Source of the DNA: a virus
Lineage: Duplodnaviria > Caudoviricetes
DNA length: 43,360 nt
IMG/VR virus record: IMGVR_UViG_3300024254_000005
Coordinates: 1 to 43,360 of that record
Reading direction: 5' to 3' (one strand)
The notes under the pieces were generated by a model. It made no database searches, was not told where the DNA came from, and was given only the letters and a program-made list of their open reading frames with translations. Positions 34,220 through 42,738 of the stretch are shown here, piece by piece. The first letter of the stretch is position 1. Each line of letters opens with the position of its first letter. The translations under genes and the position numbers were made by a program.

Positions 34220-34665
34220 GCCGAAAAGAAACCCCGATCGATCGTACGAAGCTTCCTCTCAATCTGCAGATTCTCACTGACGAGGAGTTGCAGGAGCTTC
34301 GGCAGGAGGCCCGCAAGACAGTTGTTGCTGAGCTGTCCAAGCAGGCGCGTGACGAGTATTTTGCCAAGGCACTGGCAGAAGCGCGACAGGCGAGCATAGC
34401 CGAGGAAGAACTGATTCACGTCCAGATTGACGTGGCGCCGTGGTGTCCAGGGGCGACGATTGACGGAATTCAGTATTTTCACGGTTACACATATCCCGTG
34501 AAAAAGTCCGTGGCGTGTGTTCTGTTTGAACAGATGTGGCGGACGTGGGAGCATCAAGACGAGCTGGACGGTCGCGGCAGGAGCGAAGCGTACCGCCGGC
34601 CGCGCAACCTTTCGATCGGGCCACGGCACCTGGGGGTGTCGAATACGGCTTTGCTGGGAGTGTAA
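34216..34665 (+). CDS. Hypothetical protein
   Basis: ATGA overlap; structural operon. Confidence 0.65.
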   Translation: MSRKETPIDRTKLPLNLQILTDEELQELRQEARKTVVAELSKQARDEYFAKALAEARQASIAEEELIHVQIDVAPWCPGATIDGIQYFHGYTYPVKKSVACVLFEQMWRTWEHQDELDGRGRSEAYRRPRNLSIGPRHLGVSNTALLGV

Positions 34666-34677
34666 ACAGGAGATTTT

Positions 34678-35142
34678 ATGGAAACCCCGCATACGAAGAC
34701 GCCAGCTGAGTTGGCGGTTGCGATCACTGTGTCAACTCAGATACCTCCGAACCGCAACATCGTCCTACAGACGTACCTTGGACAGGAGCAACCGGAACGG
34801 TCCTTCAACCATCTCATGGATAAGCTGGGGCGGGTAAGCGATCGGCAGGAGGCGTTCTATAAAAAGAAGGACTTGGTTCTTGGGTTGGCGCATGAGAAGA
34901 AACTTCTCGCGCAGCTTACTGAGGACTATAATCGGATCGAGGGCCGTTCGCAGGTTGCGTGGGAGGCCAAGGGAAAGAAAGGTCCGCATAAGCTCAGCCC
35001 GCAGGAGGAGCAGCAGAAAGGGGCTGCGGAAGTCAACATCAAGCGGTACAAAGAGAGCATTGCCAAGATCGAGAATGAGATCGCGGAGTACGAGGAACTT
35101 CTGAATGCCCCTGCAAGCGCAGCAAATATGCAGTCTGGCTAG
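34678..35142 (+). CDS. Hypothetical coiled-coil protein
   Basis: AGGAG RBS. Confidence 0.65.
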   Translation: METPHTKTPAELAVAITVSTQIPPNRNIVLQTYLGQEQPERSFNHLMDKLGRVSDRQEAFYKKKDLVLGLAHEKKLLAQLTEDYNRIEGRSQVAWEAKGKKGPHKLSPQEEQQKGAAEVNIKRYKESIAKIENEIAEYEELLNAPASAANMQSG

Positions 35143-35893
35143 GCAGGAGGCGAAGTGCCCCGGCTTCACGGCGCAGTCTGGTCAGTGTCTCAATTCATGC
35201 CTTCAGGACTTATGCATGAATTGGGACTTGGATGCTGCCATGGATACGCAGTTCTACACGACCAATACGATTAACAATCTTCCTTCTGATTACCTTCGCA
35301 CTCGTGTTGTTGATGGTAAGGATGACATATTTTATACTATAAACGGAGTGCCTTATCCACTTATTCAGATTACTCTGGCCGAATATGACTGGCTCGTACA
35401 GACGCCGGGGTTTCAATCTTACCCGCAGTTTTATGCAACGAACTTGTCGGTTTCACCGGCTCAAATTCTGCTGTGGCCCCCACCTTCGGGGCAGTACCCA
35501 GTGACGCATCGTTATCAGAAGCAGATGGCGGACATTGCGACGCCGGAGACTTCTGTGTCGGTCCCATGGTTTCTCAACACGCAGATTTTGATCCGGTGGA
35601 CGGCTGGGCTGCTTATGGGGCTTACTGGAGACCAGAGACAGGCCGAGTACATGGGGGATGACGAGGAGCGCTACCCGCTCGGGGCTCTGTCTCTCTTGAA
35701 AAAGTATCTACGAAACGCCAGCGATCGTGAGGGGGCTGTAAAGACGGTCGGGCTTGACAGACGTAGGTTTGGCAGGTCGTTCGATAGGTTGAAGAATACG
35801 AAAAATATAGGTTGGATGGTATTGACAGGTTGGATGGTACAGGCTATGTTCGAGCATCTCATTGGAGGGATGCTATGGACGATTTGGAGCTAG
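35105..35893 (+). CDS. Head-tail adaptor (tail tubular A-like)
   Basis: LPSDYLR, GFQSYPQFY and LLWPPP motifs; position before nozzle gene. Confidence 0.7.
   Translation: MPLQAQQICSLARQEAKCPGFTAQSGQCLNSCLQDLCMNWDLDAAMDTQFYTTNTINNLPSDYLRTRVVDGKDDIFYTINGVPYPLIQITLAEYDWLVQTPGFQSYPQFYATNLSVSPAQILLWPPPSGQYPVTHRYQKQMADIATPETSVSVPWFLNTQILIRWTAGLLMGLTGDQRQAEYMGDDEERYPLGALSLLKKYLRNASDREGAVKTVGLDRRRFGRSFDRLKNTKNIGWMVLTGWMVQAMFEHLIGGMLWTIWS
35822..35850 (+). promoter_or_regulatory. Sigma70 promoter of the HNH gene
   Basis: TTGACA, 17 bp, TATGTT; then GGAGG and ATG 35875. Confidence 0.7.
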
Positions 35894-36471
35894 CAAGGCA
35901 ACGTCGCAATGCAATTAGACGCGCTCAATATGCGGCTGATGGTGGAAAGCGAAGGGCGGAAAACCAAGTTTGGAAGGATGCGCATAGAGAAGAAGTGCGC
36001 GCTGCTTCTAGGGAGTACCAAAGGGTACTTCGGAAAAGCCGGCCTGAGCATGCAAAGGCTCTTCAAAAGGCGAGCTACGTTAGGAATAGAGAAAAGAGAA
36101 TAGCATCTACTAAAGCTTGGCATGTTGCCAATCCAGGGTATAACAGTAAAAAGCAAGCAGAGTATCGAGAAAAGGACCCTGTAAAGTTTATGCTTAGAAA
36201 TTACAAAAATCGAGCGGCAGATATTGGTGTCATGTTTTCTCTTACAAGAGACAGCATAGTCATTCCTGATATATGTCCTGTTTTAGGCATTCCTATTTAC
36301 AAAGGAGAAAAGCACGGGCGGGATAATTCTCCTTCTGTTGATCGTTTTGATACTAAAAAGGGGTACACACCAGACAATATCAGAGTTGTTTCATGGCGTG
36401 CTAACCGTTTGAAATCGGACGGCACTCTCGACGAGTTTCGTAAGATCGTTGCATACATGGAAAACTCGTGA
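35875..36471 (+). CDS. Free-standing HNH-like (homing) endonuclease
   Basis: CPVLG...SPSVDR...KGYTPDNIRVVSWRANRLK; basic helical N-terminus; AT-rich. Confidence 0.8.
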   Translation: MDDLELARQRRNAIRRAQYAADGGKRRAENQVWKDAHREEVRAASREYQRVLRKSRPEHAKALQKASYVRNREKRIASTKAWHVANPGYNSKKQAEYREKDPVKFMLRNYKNRAADIGVMFSLTRDSIVIPDICPVLGIPIYKGEKHGRDNSPSVDRFDTKKGYTPDNIRVVSWRANRLKSDGTLDEFRKIVAYMENS

Positions 36472-38159
36472 TGTCCACCCTCCCCGGCACACCGTTGGTT
36501 TGGGCGCCGAGAACGGCAGCAGACACGTTGGATGCGTCCAGCAACGGTTCTGGAACCATGTCCAACCTCGCCAATCTCATTCCTGATCCTACCACTAGAA
36601 ATTTATGGCAGTGCCGTCCGGCTGCTGTCAAGATCACCGACCTTTCTGCGAATGGATTTGCAGGGGCTACTTTCATATCCTGCTGGATGAATGTTGGCAC
36701 TCGTGTCTATGGTATGGTTTCTACCACACGTAACGCAGGACGGGACGAACCTTTCTGCTATGACGTGTTGACGCAGATGTTCATTCCGATTGCCGGGGTG
36801 ACAGCGGCGAACTCGCCGATCAGTCCTGCTACGTTCGGCAATTGGAACCCCCCTCATATGGAGCTGATTGGTTCCAAGATCATCGTTGCGCACCCAGGTT
36901 TTACAGGGGCGGCGGGCGCATTCTTTGGCGTCATTGACGTTCTCAATCCGTTTGCACTGACGTGGACCGCGACCAACACAGCGCCGACTGCCCTCGTGTT
37001 TCCTCCCCAGTGGGTAAGCAACTTCAATGGTCGGTGCTGGTTTCTTGTAAACCCGCCAAATCAGCAACCAGCAGCATATTTTTCCGACGAGCTGCTTCCG
37101 ACGCAGATAACAAATGCGAATCAGATTTTGACTTTTGACGATAACAACCCTCTGACGTGCGCTGCTGGTCTCGCTCTAAGCAATCAGCTCGGGGGTATTA
37201 TCCAGGCGTTGATGGTTTTCAAGAGTGTCGATAACATATACCAGATTACTGGGGACGCTGCTTTTGGCACGCTAGCTAAGAATACTTTGAATGTTGCAAC
37301 TGGCACGTTTGCTCCTAATACGGTTTGCTCCACCGAGAAAGGGCTTCTTTTCATGGCCCCGGATGGAGTGCGATTGATCGATTTCAATGCGAAAGTAAGC
37401 GACCCCATAGGCAAGGATGGGGATGGGATCACGGTGCCGTTCATTTCCATTCTTGTCCCTTCCCGCGCGGCTGCGTCTTACAATAGTGGTGTGTACCGGG
37501 TGCAGGTGCAGAACGGCGCAGCCCAGGCGATCGGGTCCGGGTTTTCGTCTGGGTTTTCTTCCGCGTTCGGCGGCGGTGGGCCTGTGCAACAGCAGGAGTG
37601 GTGGTATGACGACGTGCGTTCTCTCTGGTCGGGGCCGCACACGACAAAAATGTCTATTGGGCTTGAATACCAGAATACGTTCTTGATTACGATCCAAAAC
37701 GCTGGGGCGGTGATTTTTCAGAGCGATCCGTTCCAGTCATTCACGAGCACGTTTGTTGAGAATGGTGTTCCTCTTACCTATGCTTGGCAAACTTCGTACC
37801 TTCCCGATACGGACCAGATGGCGGAAGTGTGCATGCTTCAAAGCACTCTGCATATGGCCTTGGTGTCGGGGCAGTCAACGGTCGTCACGGCCATTAATCA
37901 GGACGGTGTTCCCTTGGATCAAGTCACGATAGCGTCTTCAGGAACGCCTACCAATTGGAATCAATTCAACTGGAATAACGCCAACTGGAACGGGACGACG
38001 TTGGGGAATGCGCTCTACCCTCGACCAATGGAGTGGACCGGGCCTCTTGTCTTCAGGCGATTGTCCCTTCTTGCGGCAGGCTTGTCGGCCCAAGGACTGA
38101 AGATCGGCCGGCTCCACATGCGGTATCAAGTGCTCAACTACCTACAACAGACGGGTTGA
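36471..38159 (+). CDS. Tail nozzle (tubular B / P22 gp10-like) protein
   Basis: 562 aa, beta-rich; follows adaptor; NLIPDP..RP N-terminus. Confidence 0.7.
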   Translation: MSTLPGTPLVWAPRTAADTLDASSNGSGTMSNLANLIPDPTTRNLWQCRPAAVKITDLSANGFAGATFISCWMNVGTRVYGMVSTTRNAGRDEPFCYDVLTQMFIPIAGVTAANSPISPATFGNWNPPHMELIGSKIIVAHPGFTGAAGAFFGVIDVLNPFALTWTATNTAPTALVFPPQWVSNFNGRCWFLVNPPNQQPAAYFSDELLPTQITNANQILTFDDNNPLTCAAGLALSNQLGGIIQALMVFKSVDNIYQITGDAAFGTLAKNTLNVATGTFAPNTVCSTEKGLLFMAPDGVRLIDFNAKVSDPIGKDGDGITVPFISILVPSRAAASYNSGVYRVQVQNGAAQAIGSGFSSGFSSAFGGGGPVQQQEWWYDDVRSLWSGPHTTKMSIGLEYQNTFLITIQNAGAVIFQSDPFQSFTSTFVENGVPLTYAWQTSYLPDTDQMAEVCMLQSTLHMALVSGQSTVVTAINQDGVPLDQVTIASSGTPTNWNQFNWNNANWNGTTLGNALYPRPMEWTGPLVFRRLSLLAAGLSAQGLKIGRLHMRYQVLNYLQQTG

Positions 38160-38161
38160 AG

Positions 38162-39808
38162 ATGAAAAGGTTTCTTTTAGGGCTATTTCTTTCGTTGTGG
38201 GCTTCGCTGGCGTCGGCCGGCGTTAATTGCACGATGCCCTTCACGTTCGTTCCTGGGACGCTGGCGGACGCTAATCAGGTCAATGCCAACTTTGCTGCCG
38301 CCGTTGCCTGCTTCCTCAATGCGGCTGGAGCGGGAAATAACAACGATATTACGGCGCTCCTTGCACTGACGACGCCACTCAGCACGGCACAGGGCGGATC
38401 GTCCATCTATATCGGAGGCACGTCCACAGGGTCGGCTAATGCGCAAGTGATCGCATCGCCTTCTCCTACGGGTTTCGCTTTGACTCGTGGCCTCAGCATC
38501 CTGTTTACGGCAGGATTTACGAATACGGGGGCGACGCAGATCAATGTCAATGGGACGGGGTTGGTCAACCTGTTCCGGCAGTCTCCCAGTGGCCCGCAAG
38601 CTCTCACTGGAGGCGAAGTCGTAGCTAATGATTTGACTTGGGCGATTTACGACGGTGTGCAATTCCAACTGGTGAACAGCGGAGCACAATACGGGGGCTT
38701 TGGTCCCCTCACGTCGCTTTCATCTGCGGCTCCTGATCTTGGGACGATTGCAAGTCACAATATCACGTTCACTGGCAATACGACTATAACAGCGTTCGGG
38801 TCGAGCGCAAGCACGACATTTCCATTATATAGGCTTAATTTTTCGACAGTTTTGGTTCTTACGCATAATGGAACCAGCTTGATCCTTCCGAGTTCGACAA
38901 ACATCACGACGGCTTCTGGTGACAACGCAGTTGCTCTCTACCTCGGGGCTGGAAATTGGCAGGTCATCAGTTACGATCGTGCTAATGGTACATCTGTTGT
39001 TAGTCCTACTCCGTTATGCGGTTTCAGTGGGCTATCGATTTCTAACGGGGCTAGTAACTCGATCATCAATTGGTCTTTCAACAATTCGGTGCTAATCAAT
39101 CCTACGGGAAGCGTCCCAGTATTTTCTACAGCCAAGTCGGGTTCGATCAATATCACGACGGGGACGGCTGGAACGAGCACGGCTGGAGGGATGGATGGCA
39201 CAGGGCCGGGAAATAACACTTTTTCTTATTTATACGCAATTTACAATGGTACAACATGGAGTGCAGTTGGCAGTATTACGACTCCTGCAACTGGACCTGT
39301 CATGCCGGCGGGCTACACTTTCCTTTGCTACATGGGCGCGATTAAGACGAATGGAGCGGGGAATTTGTTTGGGACTCTCATTTTAGGGAACGAAGCTCAG
39401 TATGTTTCGGGTGGTGCAAATAATACAACTCTTCCTTTGATTACCAATGGTGTTCAAGGTAGTACGAATTGTGGAACGGCAGCGCCGGGATGGACTGCTT
39501 TTACGGTACGGGGGAATTCAGGTGCAGGCGTATGGATGCCTTCTACGGCTGTGAGGGGGAAATATGTTTTGACGAATGATTTTGCGGGGGGTGGGGCGTC
39601 TGCCCTTTTGCTTGCGCCTAACGCTTCTTATGGAGGGCTGGGAGGAACGCAGGTTAATCCCGGTCCTCTTTCTGTTGTTGCGGCGGCTACTGCAGGGAGC
39701 ACAACAGGAGACATGCTTTTTGAGGCTAACACCGTTCAATATTGTTCTAGTACGGCGCAGGGAGCTGTGCTGGCTTTTGGTTGGAAAGACACTGTGAATG
39801 CTAACTGA
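38162..39808 (+). CDS. Tail fibre protein with signal peptide
   Basis: MKRFLLGLFLSLWASLASA/G; PFTFVPGTLADANQVNANF; NTGATQINVNG; YDGVQFQL. Confidence 0.78.
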   Translation: MKRFLLGLFLSLWASLASAGVNCTMPFTFVPGTLADANQVNANFAAAVACFLNAAGAGNNNDITALLALTTPLSTAQGGSSIYIGGTSTGSANAQVIASPSPTGFALTRGLSILFTAGFTNTGATQINVNGTGLVNLFRQSPSGPQALTGGEVVANDLTWAIYDGVQFQLVNSGAQYGGFGPLTSLSSAAPDLGTIASHNITFTGNTTITAFGSSASTTFPLYRLNFSTVLVLTHNGTSLILPSSTNITTASGDNAVALYLGAGNWQVISYDRANGTSVVSPTPLCGFSGLSISNGASNSIINWSFNNSVLINPTGSVPVFSTAKSGSINITTGTAGTSTAGGMDGTGPGNNTFSYLYAIYNGTTWSAVGSITTPATGPVMPAGYTFLCYMGAIKTNGAGNLFGTLILGNEAQYVSGGANNTTLPLITNGVQGSTNCGTAAPGWTAFTVRGNSGAGVWMPSTAVRGKYVLTNDFAGGGASALLLAPNASYGGLGGTQVNPGPLSVVAAATAGSTTGDMLFEANTVQYCSSTAQGAVLAFGWKDTVNAN

Positions 39809-39850
39809 TCTGTGCTAAGAGGTTCGAACCACTGAAGAAAGGTCAAAGCC

Positions 39851-41107
39851 ATGAAGTTCAATAAAGCTCTTGCTGCCTTTGCCGCCGTGGCTGTGACCGC
39901 TGCGGTTGCCTATGCTGCCAATATCCCCTTGATCACGGGTCCGCAGGACCCCAGTCAGCTCAACGCGTCGCTGAACAATCTAATCAACCAGATTAACTCT
40001 GGCATCACGCAGACGACGATCGCGCAGTTCAATTCGAACGACCGCAACATCCTTGACAATGGCACGCTTGAGATCACGCAACGCGGTACGGGCGTTATCA
40101 CTTGCGCTGCCAATGCGGGTATCACTTCGGCAGCTTACGGTGCCGATCGCTGGGGGTGCCAAGCCAACGTAGCTGTGGGTGCGGGACGGCAGCAGGTGAT
40201 TACGGCAACGCCGACGCCGCCCGCGGGGTTCAAGAACGCCATGACGTTGTTCCGCACGTCGGGCGCTCTTACGCAGCCGATATGCACTTGGCAGGAAATC
40301 CCCACTGCGGACGTACTCAAACTTTCCGGCCAGCAGGTGCTTTTTTCGGCTTACCTTCAGGCTCTTGCGGGCATGTCGGCTGACAATGGTGCAATTGCCA
40401 ACCTTGTTATTATAACGGGGACGGGCACTGATGAAGGCTTCGGCACTCCTACGGCCTCTCCGGCAATCACGCCGGCTTGGACGGGCATAGCTACGCTCGC
40501 CAACACGGCGACACCCGCGTTGAGTGCGACGGCTTGGTCTCGACCTGTTGCAACTGGCGTTGTGGCATCCACTGTGACCGAGATGGCAGTCGGGCTGTGC
40601 TTTACACCGACTGCTACAGGTGCAGGAGCTACGGACGGTTTTGCCTGGACCGGCGCACAGTTGGAGGTAGTTGGCGCAGGTGTAACAACGCCTTCGACGT
40701 TCAGCTTCAAGGCGGCGGCGTATGAGCTTCGGCAGGCGCAGCGGTATTTCTACCGAATTTCGGAAGGCGCTGCTGCGACTTTCCGCGGTAATGGGCATGT
40801 CACTACGGCCGGCGCGGGAGACGCCAATGGCAAGCTGCAGTGGCAGATTATCTTTCCGATGACGATGTTCAAAGTGCCTACGATGACCTACACCGCGGGT
40901 TTTGCGGGATTCACCACTACGGGTGAAACGGCGGCAACTGCTTGCTCTGCTTTAGCCACCGACGCCACTTTGGGCACCATCGCTGCATCCACACAAATGG
41001 TCCCGGTGCAGTGTAGTTTGACCAGTTCAACTATTGCGGTTGGCTTGAGCATGAGCATCGTGGACAATGGCGGTTCGGGGGTCGTCAACGCTAGCGCGGA
41101 CTTCTGA
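39851..41107 (+). CDS. Fibre-tip/carbohydrate-binding-like virion protein with signal peptide
   Basis: MKFNKALAAFAAVAVTAAVAYA/A; RNILDNG..I.QRG, YGADRW and ELRQAQRYF. Confidence 0.75.
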   Translation: MKFNKALAAFAAVAVTAAVAYAANIPLITGPQDPSQLNASLNNLINQINSGITQTTIAQFNSNDRNILDNGTLEITQRGTGVITCAANAGITSAAYGADRWGCQANVAVGAGRQQVITATPTPPAGFKNAMTLFRTSGALTQPICTWQEIPTADVLKLSGQQVLFSAYLQALAGMSADNGAIANLVIITGTGTDEGFGTPTASPAITPAWTGIATLANTATPALSATAWSRPVATGVVASTVTEMAVGLCFTPTATGAGATDGFAWTGAQLEVVGAGVTTPSTFSFKAAAYELRQAQRYFYRISEGAAATFRGNGHVTTAGAGDANGKLQWQIIFPMTMFKVPTMTYTAGFAGFTTTGETAATACSALATDATLGTIAASTQMVPVQCSLTSSTIAVGLSMSIVDNGGSGVVNASADF

Positions 41108-41146
41108 TCTCTGCTAGGGTGCTTCTGCACACTATCGACAAGCCTC

Positions 41147-41187
41147 AAAGGGCCGCCTCTTGGGTACTAGTGTGGGGCGGCCCTTTT
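41147..41187 (+). terminator. Intrinsic terminator
   Basis: AAAGGGCCGCCTC...GGGGCGGCCCTTTT. Confidence 0.65.
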
Positions 41188-41202
41188 ATCCAGGAGACAA
41201 CG

Positions 41203-41358
41203 ATGGCCAAAGATGGAATGTTGTCCGGTCTATCAACCAAGAGCCCGAGTGCCAGCGATGCAAGCACCCGTCCGCCCACTTCAGCCACAGTCAAGCAAGA
41301 CACAACACGGTCCAGCACTCAGCCCAATCAAGGAACGCTCGGACCGCGAAACGCTTGA
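41203..41358 (+). CDS. 51-aa Ser/Thr-rich protein
   Basis: AGGAG RBS with ATG 41203. Confidence 0.65.
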   Translation: MAKDGMLSGLSTKSPSASDASTRPPTSATVKQDTTRSSTQPNQGTLGPRNA

Positions 41359-41812
41359 ACTGACGTATCAGCGCGAACGGCTTGAAAAGCTCCTCCGCGA
41401 TGGGGAGCTTTTGCCTTTGCTCAGGCAACATTTCAAAGAGACTGATCCCGATGCAAAGCGTACAAATGTTGACGTTAACTGGGACTATTATCTCGGTGCT
41501 GATCGTTCTGGCAGTCTTGTGGTTTACACTGCCAGGGACGGTGCTGCATTAGTCGGCTACGTCTTTACGATTATTGGGCCGCACCATCATAAACAGAGTG
41601 TTCCTGCCGGTTCTATCACCATGTACTGGCTGCATCCTGCCAGCCGTCTGGGATTGGCGGGTTACAAGCTGCTTCGTGGCAACGAGGCGCTTTTGAAAGA
41701 GCTGGGTGTGCAGAAGATTCTTGCGTCCCGGATGCTCAGTCAGAGAACGTATATCCTGTTCGATCGGATGGGATACTGTCCTGAAGAAGTCCTTTATGGG
41801 AAATGGCTATGA
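41213..41812 (+). CDS. GNAT-family acetyltransferase (true start unresolved; domain begins near 41357)
   Basis: TARDGAALVGY, YWLHPASRLGLAGYKLL and LFDRMGY. Confidence 0.75.
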   Translation: MECCPVYQPRARVPAMQAPVRPLQPQSSKTQHGPALSPIKERSDRETLELTYQRERLEKLLRDGELLPLLRQHFKETDPDAKRTNVDVNWDYYLGADRSGSLVVYTARDGAALVGYVFTIIGPHHHKQSVPAGSITMYWLHPASRLGLAGYKLLRGNEALLKELGVQKILASRMLSQRTYILFDRMGYCPEEVLYGKWL

Positions 41813-42738
41813 GCAATTACCTCCCGTCCAGTAACGTCAACGTTCCCAACCCTTACCAGCTCACGGGTACGACGGCAGCCGATAAAGGAGCGCTGCACGG
41901 CACGCAGCAGCTCGGGCAATACAATCTCGGGGGTCAAAACCTCGGGCAATTTCAGAACCTCACGCAGCAAGGCGTCAACAACCCCTATGCCGGCATGTAC
42001 CAGCAGGGCGGGGGGCAGGCCGGACAGATGAGGATGCAGGCTGGACAGGGTGCCTATGGTGCCGGCGGCCAGCTCATGCAGAACAGTCTCAGCATGCTGC
42101 CCGATGTGCAGGCTTTGTTGAGCATGGGGTTCGATCCGCAGCAGGCTCTTTATTCGCGCACGGCGCAGCAGATGCAGGACCAGCAGCGCGCGCAACAGGC
42201 AGCGTCGGGTGTTGGCGGTACGCCCTACGGTGCCGGCGTCATGGGTCAGACCATGAACAACTTCAATATCGACTGGCAGAACAACGCGCTTCAGCGGGCT
42301 CTGCAGGGTGCACAAGGCGCGGGTGGATTCATGGGGCAGATTGGCCAGGGTGTCGGGCAAGGAGCGGGCATCCAGTCCGGCGGTATTCAAGAGTATCTAC
42401 AGGGCGCCGCGACGCCTTACAATGTCTTTGGACAGATGAATCAGAACCAACTTGGGCTTTTGCAGGGTGCTAATCAATACGGTCAAGGTGCGGCGCAAAT
42501 TCCGCAGCAGCAGATTCAGGACTACATGGCGTACTTGTCACAGGCAAACCAGAACGCGCAGACGGGGATCAACGCGCAAAATCTGGCACTCAACAAAGCT
42601 AAGTTGCAGGGTCAGGAATACCAGCAGATTGGACAGGATATTGGCGGGGCTATGGGTTGGGGGATGGGGGGTGGTATGGGAGGGATGGGCGGCGGATTTG
42701 GCGCTAACCCCTTCGCTATGATGATGGGGGCTGTGTAA
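41809..42738 (+). CDS. Gln/Gly-rich putative ejection (pilot) protein
   Basis: ATGA overlap; Q/G/N-rich; follows GNAT as in many podoviruses. Confidence 0.7.
   Translation: MSNYLPSSNVNVPNPYQLTGTTAADKGALHGTQQLGQYNLGGQNLGQFQNLTQQGVNNPYAGMYQQGGGQAGQMRMQAGQGAYGAGGQLMQNSLSMLPDVQALLSMGFDPQQALYSRTAQQMQDQQRAQQAASGVGGTPYGAGVMGQTMNNFNIDWQNNALQRALQGAQGAGGFMGQIGQGVGQGAGIQSGGIQEYLQGAATPYNVFGQMNQNQLGLLQGANQYGQGAAQIPQQQIQDYMAYLSQANQNAQTGINAQNLALNKAKLQGQEYQQIGQDIGGAMGWGMGGGMGGMGGGFGANPFAMMMGAV

Noticed and set aside
35816-36468. Group I intron carrying the HNH gene
   Set aside because: The promoter and ORF fill the insert, leaving no room for a ribozyme core.
39820-39835. GGTTCGAACC as a tRNA T-arm
   Set aside because: The intergenic gap is only about 40 nt and no cloverleaf can be built.
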